Shown here: positions 16,903 through 23,922 of the stretch, one piece after another
Layout: the number at the start of each line of letters is the position of its first letter
How positions within the stretch are numbered: the first letter of the stretch is position 1
DNA from: a virus
IMG/VR virus record: IMGVR_UViG_3300050821_004478
Strand: one strand, 5' to 3'
Length of the DNA: 64,000 nt
Notes under the pieces: model-generated
Database searches by the model: none
The model's input: the letters and a program-made list of their open reading frames with translations, nothing else
Told to the model about the DNA's origin: nothing
Program-made: the position numbers and the translations under genes

Positions 16903-17054
16903 GCAACGCACCTTATCAAGTCGAGATTAAGCGTTTGACAACAATTTCAGAGCGCCAATCCAAGATGCTCGCGCAGGCGTTCTCCATCGGTTGTATGCGC
17001 TTCGTTGGCGTGAACCGCACGAAGTTGATTCGATGGGCCAAGGCGGGGAAGTGA
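16899..17054 (+). CDS. small hypothetical ORF (51 aa)
   Basis: ATGA overlap start; below the track cutoff. Confidence 0.35.
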   Translation: MSNAPYQVEIKRLTTISERQSKMLAQAFSIGCMRFVGVNRTKLIRWAKAGK

Positions 17055-17269
17055 ACGAAAAGAAACAATACCTGATCTACGGAGTTCTCGTGGAGGCCGT
17101 CAAGTCCGAGGGCAGCGGCTTCTACGATCTCACTATACCGGTGACAGGTGATAAACAGCGATACCTAGCAGACGTATTCGAAGATATCGCTATGCCCCTG
17201 GGAGCGTGCGCGACTCATCGAACGCCGCACCCGAAGAACGCTGATTGCAGGGAATGGAGCCACGTATGA
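17051..17269 (+). CDS. hypothetical protein (72 aa)
   Basis: GTGA overlap start. Confidence 0.45.
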   Translation: MNEKKQYLIYGVLVEAVKSEGSGFYDLTIPVTGDKQRYLADVFEDIAMPLGACATHRTPHPKNADCREWSHV

Positions 17270-17499
17270 GTCATCTAAGATTTGATCTAAAACCGAATCC
17301 CGGCAACAAGACCTGCCGGTGGTTGATCGTCAATCCCGCAGGTGACCCAGATACCGGCTCGGGCCAGCTTGGCTTCATCGAGTATCGCCCCACTTGGCGG
17401 CGATATGTGTGGGGCACGCTTAACAATGCAATATTCGATGTCGATTGTACCCAGGAGATCGTGGACTTCCTGCGGCTACACAAGGATGATAGACAGTGA
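17266..17499 (+). CDS. hypothetical protein (77 aa)
   Basis: ATGA overlap start. Confidence 0.5.
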   Translation: MSHLRFDLKPNPGNKTCRWLIVNPAGDPDTGSGQLGFIEYRPTWRRYVWGTLNNAIFDVDCTQEIVDFLRLHKDDRQ

Positions 17500-17795
17500 T
17501 CGTTGGATTCCAGCCGGGAGGCAGCGTGCGGGATGCGCGCGTCGTGCTGCAGCCGAACGAGACTGTCCCGAACCGCTACAACGTTCCGGAGGCCGTTATC
17601 TACAGGGAGGACCCGGAGACCTTTGAATGGATTATGGTGAAGCCGAAGTTCTCCGTCTTGCCGGTTGACTCGCCGCTTCTGTCCCAACCGACCCTCCCGG
17701 AGGTCGAATTATTTCCCTTGACAACGGGGGAAAACTCTGATACGCTGTTTGAGCATCAAGACATTATCAATTTAGAGGAAGAGGTGAAGGAATGA
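17496..17795 (+). CDS. hypothetical protein (99 aa)
   Basis: GTGA overlap start. Confidence 0.5.
   Translation: MIVGFQPGGSVRDARVVLQPNETVPNRYNVPEAVIYREDPETFEWIMVKPKFSVLPVDSPLLSQPTLPEVELFPLTTGENSDTLFEHQDIINLEEEVKE
17718..17746 (+). promoter_or_regulatory. sigma-70-like promoter (TTGACA-17-TACGCT)
   Basis: Embedded in the 3' end of 17496..17795, upstream of 17792. Confidence 0.35.
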
Positions 17796-18277
17796 CGCTC
17801 ACCACGCGGGAGAAATTTCTGCTGGTAATTTTGGCAGCCGTTCTGTGCTCCTGGCTCTTCGGATGTAAGAGGGAACACTATGTCGGTGTTCCTTCTCCCA
17901 CCAACGGCATAACTGACGTAGCGCATCTACAGCAAGCTTACGCCGTCTACAACGAGGGTTATTTTCAAAACAAGCTGACCAAGACACCGGTAATCGACAT
18001 GCTGGAGTCAGACGACGGGAATATGGCGAGCACCCTTTGTGATGTGGACCGTAGTTGCATCATTCACTTTAATCTAAAGTTCGTCTTAGCGCCCCGAGTC
18101 GGGGACCAGACCCTTCTTCACGAAATGTGCCACGTCCAGACTTGGATGCAGGATATGGACCGGAACGGCGACCAAGTCGATCACGGGCGACATTGGCGCA
18201 GTTGCATGCTGAATCTGGATGCGCAAGGCGCTTTCCGAGAGATTCTGATCGACGACTACGCGGAGACAATGCCATGA
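17792..18277 (+). CDS. SprT-like zinc-metallopeptidase-domain lipoprotein
   Basis: Lipobox LFGC at aa 22-25. LLHEMCHVQTW (HExxH) plus a downstream DHGRHW. Confidence 0.6.
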   Translation: MTLTTREKFLLVILAAVLCSWLFGCKREHYVGVPSPTNGITDVAHLQQAYAVYNEGYFQNKLTKTPVIDMLESDDGNMASTLCDVDRSCIIHFNLKFVLAPRVGDQTLLHEMCHVQTWMQDMDRNGDQVDHGRHWRSCMLNLDAQGAFREILIDDYAETMP

Positions 18278-18657
18278 AATTTAGTATTATAGTTCGTAAG
18301 CAAGGTAAAAAAGAGACGTGGCGGGAAGATTACAACCGAACAGATGTTCTCAATCTGGACGAGGCAGCCCATTGGGGCCGCAAGCTGATAGACGCATTCA
18401 ACGACTCTTTGAGGTCCTACGAAGAGCCGCGAGAATATGTAGGTGTTCAAGAATCTCCAGACAGCGTGGCCGTTGCTCCCCACGAATGGCACAAGACCAA
18501 TCTGGTCACGATTATCAAGGGTCACGAGGCTTACGATACAGCGATATGCCTGCGCTGTAATATCACAGGCAAGCGCTTTGGACTCGGTGGCGTGACGATT
18601 GACCCGAAGTTCAAGGCCAAAAAATACCAAAGCTGCAACCCGAAAGGAAAATCATGA
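18274..18657 (+). CDS. hypothetical protein (127 aa)
   Basis: ATGA overlap start. Confidence 0.5.
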   Translation: MKFSIIVRKQGKKETWREDYNRTDVLNLDEAAHWGRKLIDAFNDSLRSYEEPREYVGVQESPDSVAVAPHEWHKTNLVTIIKGHEAYDTAICLRCNITGKRFGLGGVTIDPKFKAKKYQSCNPKGKS

Positions 18658-18848
18658 CAGCCAAACAACTAGCCAATTTACCTCTCGGCTCCCGGGTCCG
18701 ACTGGAAGGCCCTGGTGGCGAGGAAGGTGTGATAATCAAAATCGGGCCAGTGGTATATATTAGTTGGCCGGATTCGGATGTCGTGAATTATGTGGACACG
18801 AATTCACCGAAGTGGCGAACGTTCATAAGCTGGCTGGAGATCGCATGA
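18654..18848 (+). CDS. hypothetical protein (64 aa)
   Basis: ATGA overlap start. Confidence 0.5.
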   Translation: MTAKQLANLPLGSRVRLEGPGGEEGVIIKIGPVVYISWPDSDVVNYVDTNSPKWRTFISWLEIA

Positions 18849-18946
18849 TAGCCGGACACGGGTTAAGCATCTCCGGTCTCATTCTGGGAATCCTCATGAT
18901 CGCGGCGCTAGAAATTTGGACTCGCTGGCTGTGGAGAAGAAAATGA
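18845..18946 (+). CDS. small single-pass membrane protein (33 aa)
   Basis: ATGA overlap start; hydrophobic core LSISGLILGILMIAAL. Confidence 0.35.
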   Translation: MIAGHGLSISGLILGILMIAALEIWTRWLWRRK

Positions 18947-19125
18947 AAAATCGCACCCTTGAGGTCTTTATTTTGATAGTGCTTTTCTCATGGATAACTC
19001 TTGTTGCATTCGACGCCCGCCGCAAAAATAATGAGTGCCACAACCAATGCGCCCACGGCAACCGGGCCTGCCAAGATCGCTGTTTCAAACAAGAATTCTG
19101 TCCCGAGGGAGACTTACCAAGATGA
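18943..19125 (+). CDS. small membrane protein with Cys-rich tail (60 aa)
   Basis: ATGA overlap start; one TM helix followed by CHNQCAHGNRACQDRC. Confidence 0.4.
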   Translation: MKNRTLEVFILIVLFSWITLVAFDARRKNNECHNQCAHGNRACQDRCFKQEFCPEGDLPR

Positions 19126-19268
19126 AACACACCCGCGCTCTGATCTTTATCGCCGCCACTTTAATCTCGATTGGAATATTCTTGACGACTGGATTGTATT
19201 GCGTCCGACTCATCAACGCGATTTATGGGACGCACCAACCCCGGTATCAAGTGATGAGACTAAAATAA
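19122..19268 (+). CDS. small membrane protein (48 aa)
   Basis: ATGA overlap start; TM helix ALIFIAATLISIGIFLTTGLY. Confidence 0.4.
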   Translation: MKHTRALIFIAATLISIGIFLTTGLYCVRLINAIYGTHQPRYQVMRLK

Positions 19269-19271
19269 TCC

Positions 19272-19300
19272 TTGACAAACTTTCCGAACTGTGAGAGACT
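19272..19300 (+). promoter_or_regulatory. weak sigma-70-like promoter (TTGACA-17-GAGACT) ahead of the integrase
   Basis: Consensus -35 but a poor -10. Confidence 0.3.
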
Positions 19301-19320
19301 TGGTGCATGGAGAAAACAAG

Positions 19321-20220
19321 ATGACGTTTCAATCACAGGCTGAGACTTTCATGTCTGAAATTGCCCTTCGCAAAAGTGACCCCGCGAAAGTGAACACTTT
19401 GCGCGTCTATCGCTCCATCATCGACTTCCGTCTCCTACCTGCCATCGGCGGGCTGGAATTGCAGGAGGTCAACAACCGAACTGTCAAGGTACTCGTTGGC
19501 CGTCTCGCAGAGGCTGATCTGAGTCCCGCCACCATAACCTTGGCAGTCAGTCTCGTGAAGCAGGTTGTCAAGTCTGCGGTAGACGACGAAGGAAATCAAC
19601 TTTATCCCAGAACGTGGAATACCCGCTTTATCGACGCCCCGAAGATCGACAAATCAGCCCAGAGGACCCCAATTGCCACATCCCTGGCGCTGGGAGGCGC
19701 TGTGGCAGCCGTAAGGGGCGAAGTGGGGGGATTAGTGGCCCTCCTGGCTGGGACCGGCCTACGGGTCGGGGAGGCCCTTGCCATGCATAAGATCGACGAC
19801 GGGGTGTCCAACTATTGGGACCCGGCAGCCGGGACCATCGCGGTACGCGCGACCCTGGTCAACGGCAAGTTGCAAGACTCCACCAAGACCAAGGCCGGGA
19901 CCCGTATCGTGGACTTAGACCCGGCACTGAATAGCCTCCTGCATTCGGTATTCGCGATTCGCGATTCAAAAATATTTGTATCCTCGGAGCGCACTCTTCG
20001 CCGCCGCATAGAAGAACTCGGGCTAGAAGGTTTTCACTCCATGCGCCGCTTCCGCATCACCCACCTGCAAGCCGCGAGCGTCCCCGCGACCCTGGTGAAG
20101 TTTTGGGCCGGTCACGCGGCGGGCGATGTTTCTGAAAGATACACAAAATTTGGGGAGCAGATTATGGTCAGAAAAACATGGGCCGATAAGGCAGGTTTGG
20201 GGTTCGATCTTCATGCGTAA
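19321..20220 (+). CDS. int: tyrosine recombinase / phage integrase
   Basis: TGLRVGEAL (Arg I), HSMRRFRITHL (HxxR) and AGHAAGDVSERY (His/Tyr). ATG 19321 follows GGAGAAAACAAG. Confidence 0.9.
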   Translation: MTFQSQAETFMSEIALRKSDPAKVNTLRVYRSIIDFRLLPAIGGLELQEVNNRTVKVLVGRLAEADLSPATITLAVSLVKQVVKSAVDDEGNQLYPRTWNTRFIDAPKIDKSAQRTPIATSLALGGAVAAVRGEVGGLVALLAGTGLRVGEALAMHKIDDGVSNYWDPAAGTIAVRATLVNGKLQDSTKTKAGTRIVDLDPALNSLLHSVFAIRDSKIFVSSERTLRRRIEELGLEGFHSMRRFRITHLQAASVPATLVKFWAGHAAGDVSERYTKFGEQIMVRKTWADKAGLGFDLHA

Positions 20221-20256
20221 ACAACGTCAAAAAGCTATACCTTTTTAGGAGGAAAC

Positions 20257-20748
20257 ATGACTGATCTTAGAGAGATGGGAATTTGTGACTTCTGGGGAGA
20301 ACCCCACGCGTTTAATGCAGGTGCCCCGAATTGTCGCAACTGGCGTCCTGTGAAGCCAATCGAATTCGACAAGACTGTCGAGGTCGTGAACCAGAAGAAC
20401 TCCTTCGGCGTCTGGATTGACGGAATCTTCCGCCCGGTCGACCTGGGCGCATTAGTCAAAATCTTCCAAGTGAAAGACGCGGCGATGGACGAGTTGAAGA
20501 GAGAGAACCTGCGGCTGCAGTCGGAGGTTCAGAAGCTGATATTCCAAGTTGACAACGAGAGGGAGATCGGAAAGCAGATTGGCCGCTGCTTGAAGGACGA
20601 GCAGGAGAAGACCATGAATGCTCAAATGTTCGGCGTCTCCTGCGTCTGCAAGTGGCAGAGCGGGAAAGTCGTATCTCTCTGCGGCGCGCATCAGATGGCG
20701 ACAAACGAAATCGCAGAAAAATTCCGCAAGTTGACGGAGAGTCTATGA
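20257..20748 (+). CDS. hypothetical protein with a central coiled coil
   Basis: AGGAGGAAAC RBS. Confidence 0.6.
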   Translation: MTDLREMGICDFWGEPHAFNAGAPNCRNWRPVKPIEFDKTVEVVNQKNSFGVWIDGIFRPVDLGALVKIFQVKDAAMDELKRENLRLQSEVQKLIFQVDNEREIGKQIGRCLKDEQEKTMNAQMFGVSCVCKWQSGKVVSLCGAHQMATNEIAEKFRKLTESL

Positions 20749-21131
20749 GGCTCCCCGGCTTCCTCCGCAGGTGGGCCGCAATGTATCTCGTGTGGAACAA
20801 GAACGAGATCGGCGGCATCCTCTACGATTACGCGAACGGAAATTGGAATGTGATCTGCCAGTGGGAGACAGACGCGGATAGGAAGGCAGCGATAGCCATA
20901 GTCGACAACATGCAAGACAGAGAGGAAGACGAGATTTACGTCAACGCGATTAAAACGAATGCCGGTGCGGGTCTCTTCATCGTGGAGGATTCCAACTTCG
21001 GGTATTTCTTCCGCGCATTTCATCCCGGCGCGTACGAGATTGAAGAGGCTTTATTGGACACGGCGGCGCGGTGCCGCAAGATCGCGACGAAGATGGGATA
21101 CAGGAAGCCGGACGACGAGGAGGCTGTATGA
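20745..21131 (+). CDS. hypothetical protein (128 aa)
   Basis: ATGA overlap start. Confidence 0.5.
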   Translation: MRLPGFLRRWAAMYLVWNKNEIGGILYDYANGNWNVICQWETDADRKAAIAIVDNMQDREEDEIYVNAIKTNAGAGLFIVEDSNFGYFFRAFHPGAYEIEEALLDTAARCRKIATKMGYRKPDDEEAV

Positions 21132-21358
21132 GCGTGAAGACTATATCTTTTCAGACAAGGACGGAGCAAGTTATCTACAACATGATGATCGCAGCGTTAA
21201 AGGACTTCAAACTGATGGAAGATCGGTTGGCCTCTGCGCAATACCGCGCAAGGCAGGTGGCGAGTTTTCCTCCTTGGCTCCAGGAAGAGCAAGAGGGCGC
21301 AGCAAAACAGGAACTGAAAGACGCCCAGGCGGCTTACGATAACCTGGGTGGAGTATGA
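21128..21358 (+). CDS. hypothetical protein (76 aa)
   Basis: ATGA overlap start. Confidence 0.5.
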   Translation: MSVKTISFQTRTEQVIYNMMIAALKDFKLMEDRLASAQYRARQVASFPPWLQEEQEGAAKQELKDAQAAYDNLGGV

Positions 21359-21483
21359 CACTCCTCCAGATTCTCGCTCTCTCAGGACTGTGCGCCTTTG
21401 TGATCTTGGGCGCCTTTGTGATCTTGGGCGTCTTCATCCTAGCCTGCATTGCCACTTTCGAGGACGATTACAACGGCTGGTGA
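21355..21483 (+). CDS. small membrane protein (42 aa)
   Basis: ATGA overlap start; hydrophobic throughout; contains an 18-bp tandem duplication. Confidence 0.4.
   Translation: MTLLQILALSGLCAFVILGAFVILGVFILACIATFEDDYNGW
21392..21427 (+). repeat. perfect 2 x 18-bp tandem duplication (gcgcctttgtgatcttgg)
   Basis: Read directly from the sequence. It encodes AFVILG twice within a TM segment. Confidence 0.95.
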
Positions 21484-21502
21484 TGACGTTTCTATATCAT
21501 CA
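21481..21502. terminator. weak hairpin at the convergence point of the two arms
   Basis: TGATGA-n10-TCATCA lies between the last plus-strand stop and the last minus-strand stop. Confidence 0.25.
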
Positions 21503-21521
21503 GTACCAATAAATGAGATTT

Positions 21522-22349
21522 TTATAGTTTCGATGAAGAAAATTGGTAAGGTTCGAAGTCTCTCGCGTACTGATCGGTAGGCTTCACCGTCGCTAGCAAG
21601 TAGCGGGCGCGCTCAATTCTCTTCCCCAGGTCCGCCTCGTTGTTCTGGTAGATGTCCAAGCTGCCGTATCCTCGAAATCCTACATGCGCGCATACCGGCG
21701 TCTCCGGATACACGCAAGACATCCCCTCCTGCTTCATCACCCGTCTAATCAGCCAATCGTCCAGCGTTGAAACCTCCCACGGCGGGAAGTGTTTGTCGCA
21801 GTATGCCTTTGTGTCTTGGAAATATTCAGAGTTGATGTGTGGGACCAGGGCATCGAGGAGAGGTCTGCGAAGACAAGAACCCGGGTTACAATAAAGGTCT
21901 CTGTATTGCCAACGGAGATCGGGATGTTTGCGGCCACAAGAAGCTGCAACCTTATTAGATTGCTCTGGCCCAATACAACCTTTAATGGCTGACCGATGCC
22001 ACGTAAAAAATGTCTGAGGATACACGAGTACATCTTCTTCAATCAGCCAGCAACGCTCGGCTCCGGTTTCGTATCCGGCTTTTAGAGACATCAAAATGTT
22101 GTAGGTACCGGAGGCGACTTTAGTGTGGGGCTTGGCGTGAAAAATCTGCGCTCTAGGAAGATACTTGTCTCGGACATATTCTACCTCGGCCACCCGCATC
22201 TCAGGAGACGTATCTAGAAAGATTCGGACGTCGTCAGGGGCATTGATAGCTTGTTCAAGTTTTTCAAGACACAGTGCTAATAACTCGGGCCGCGCAAAAG
22301 TTGGTATTACAATAATCTCGCTCAATGTGGCCTCCCGGACATCGGGCAT
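21522..22349 (-). CDS. glycosyltransferase-like protein (GT-A fold, GT2-like)
   Basis: IIVIPTFARPELLALCLEKL N-terminus; LIEEDV acidic motif. Confidence 0.5.
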   Translation of the reverse strand: MPDVREATLSEIIVIPTFARPELLALCLEKLEQAINAPDDVRIFLDTSPEMRVAEVEYVRDKYLPRAQIFHAKPHTKVASGTYNILMSLKAGYETGAERCWLIEEDVLVYPQTFFTWHRSAIKGCIGPEQSNKVAASCGRKHPDLRWQYRDLYCNPGSCLRRPLLDALVPHINSEYFQDTKAYCDKHFPPWEVSTLDDWLIRRVMKQEGMSCVYPETPVCAHVGFRGYGSLDIYQNNEADLGKRIERARYLLATVKPTDQYARDFEPYQFSSSKL

Positions 22350-22783
22350 TTTTTCTTGTTACTTTTACCACCGGGGCCATTACAGTTATTACAAAGAACT
22401 TGATACCCTTTGGGATATCTGTTTTTTCTGAGAAAATTTAAGAGAGCACAGCTAGAAATTCTTCTGCCGTTCTTTCCCAGATGTTTATAACCATTGCCTT
22501 TGATGTGATCTAGTTGTAGAAAGCCAAAATAAATTGTTCGGCACCCTAGGCACATGCATTTCAATTTACCTTTACTATAGTATGTAAGCACATCTCGACG
22601 CAATCGCGACGCAGCTTCTCGCACTGATCTATTTATAATTTTTCTGTATTGGGGATTTTTTCTGCGATCTCGCATGCGCAAACGGCCATATCTTCTGCTG
22701 CGATAAAGGACACAGTCATCACAATATTTCTTAGTGTTGTGATAACTTCTTCTGATTGATTTTCTGCATCTTAAGCATTCCAT
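22322..22783 (-). CDS. HNH endonuclease
   Basis: LQLDHIKGNG ... VLCNNCN with flanking Cys pairs. Confidence 0.75.
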   Translation of the reverse strand: MECLRCRKSIRRSYHNTKKYCDDCVLYRSRRYGRLRMRDRRKNPQYRKIINRSVREAASRLRRDVLTYYSKGKLKCMCLGCRTIYFGFLQLDHIKGNGYKHLGKNGRRISSCALLNFLRKNRYPKGYQVLCNNCNGPGGKSNKKKCPMSGRPH

Positions 22784-22796
22784 TTTCTTTCTCCTG

Positions 22797-22834
22797 AATA
22801 GAAAGAGGCCGGAAGCGATTCAGGCGCTCCCGGC
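22797..22834 (-). terminator. rho-independent terminator-like hairpin directly upstream of the HNH gene
   Basis: On the minus strand, GCCGGGAGCG-n7-CGCUUCCGGC is followed by CUCUUUCUAUU. Confidence 0.5.
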
Positions 22835-22922
22835 TCATTGCTTCATGAAACAAATTCTTCATCGAAACCAGAAAAACCTCATTTATGAACGCCGATGACA
22901 TAAAAACATCATCGACAAAGTT

Positions 22923-23111
22923 TTACCGAGATCGGCTTAATTCTTTCTGTCCGCCCTCGACCTTCGGCATCCCTTCTTTCTGAAACTTCTGTGGGTCAAA
23001 GTCGTCGAACGCTGCATCCCACTTCTTATCCGGTACGCTGATGTTCGCTGTGAACTGCGCTCGTATTGAGCCACGAGCTAAAGCATCGCCACCACCAATA
23101 TTATTCAGCAT
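22923..23111 (-). CDS. hypothetical protein (62 aa)
   Basis: ORF overlaps the upstream gene end. Confidence 0.45.
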   Translation of the reverse strand: MLNNIGGGDALARGSIRAQFTANISVPDKKWDAAFDDFDPQKFQKEGMPKVEGGQKELSRSR

Positions 23112-23692
23112 TTGATTTTCTCCTTTTCTATATATTCTCCGTGCTTAGGTGCAAACGTCTTACAAAGTTTTCCCGATTCAATCAAGCCAACTACTTGATT
23201 ACAGGCTCGACAAAGTAGGCATCGAACGCATGAGCCACAAGATTCGTCTCCATTGTTACAGCATGTATGGTCGTGGTCGACACAAAGACGCTCAATAGTT
23301 TCCGGTTTCTTACAGATGGCGCAAACAACTTCCCCGTCAGAGTTGGTTTGACGTTTTCTCATTGACAAAAGACGATCTATGGATAAGCCGAATCTTGAAA
23401 CTTGAAGAAGCAATCGCTTCCATCCCCTAGGTCCACCATTCTCTTTAACACACTGAGCGCAATTCACCGGGTGTTGACGACCATGTGTATAATGCGGAGC
23501 TATAAATTCGTGACCGTTCGCCTCGCATCTTAATACAGGAACCCAATTCTTTTGAGAGTTATCCCAGCATTTAACCGCTCGCCCCGTGTAGACCGCGTGC
23601 AAGCCTCCATTAAGCCGAATGCGCGTTCCTCGTAGTTTCCCGATGCTATCTGTGGCACGGGCTTTCATTCTTGTTATTTGACGATTATTCAT
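23105..23692 (-). CDS. endonuclease VII-type (HNH superfamily) nuclease
   Basis: CAICKKP ... CVDHDH ... CLLCRACNQVVG. The start was chosen at ATG 23692, overlapping the upstream stop; the ORF stays open to 23761. Confidence 0.7.
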   Translation of the reverse strand: MNNRQITRMKARATDSIGKLRGTRIRLNGGLHAVYTGRAVKCWDNSQKNWVPVLRCEANGHEFIAPHYTHGRQHPVNCAQCVKENGGPRGWKRLLLQVSRFGLSIDRLLSMRKRQTNSDGEVVCAICKKPETIERLCVDHDHTCCNNGDESCGSCVRCLLCRACNQVVGLIESGKLCKTFAPKHGEYIEKEKIKC

Positions 23693-23867
23693 TTTCTGCG
23701 TCTGTGCCTTTCTTCCTTGCGGCCAAAATCTTATCTGCGAATTCGGCTCTACTCTCGGCAACCGCGCCGAGTAGCTCGTGAAGCTGGGGCAGCTTGCCCG
23801 CAGCGTGCAAACGCTCTACTTCCGCTTGGAAGTCTGAGGGTCCGTATTTCTTCTCTTTCTCGCTCAT
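23685..23867 (-). CDS. hypothetical protein (60 aa)
   Basis: AGGA RBS; first gene after the promoter at 23884..23912. Confidence 0.5.
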   Translation of the reverse strand: MSEKEKKYGPSDFQAEVERLHAAGKLPQLHELLGAVAESRAEFADKILAARKKGTDAENE

Positions 23868-23883
23868 ATTAATCCTCTAAACC

Positions 23884-23912
23884 AGTGTATCACAAGGATG
23901 TGCCCTTGTCAA
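23884..23912 (-). promoter_or_regulatory. sigma-70-like promoter (TTGACA-17-TACACT)
   Basis: Sits between the stop of the 1972-aa gene and the 60-aa ORF. Confidence 0.55.
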
Positions 23913-23922
23913 GCGTTATTTC

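Noticed and set aside
16934-16965. A TTGACA hexamer as another promoter.
   Set aside because: There is no TAnnnT at a 16-18 nt spacing.
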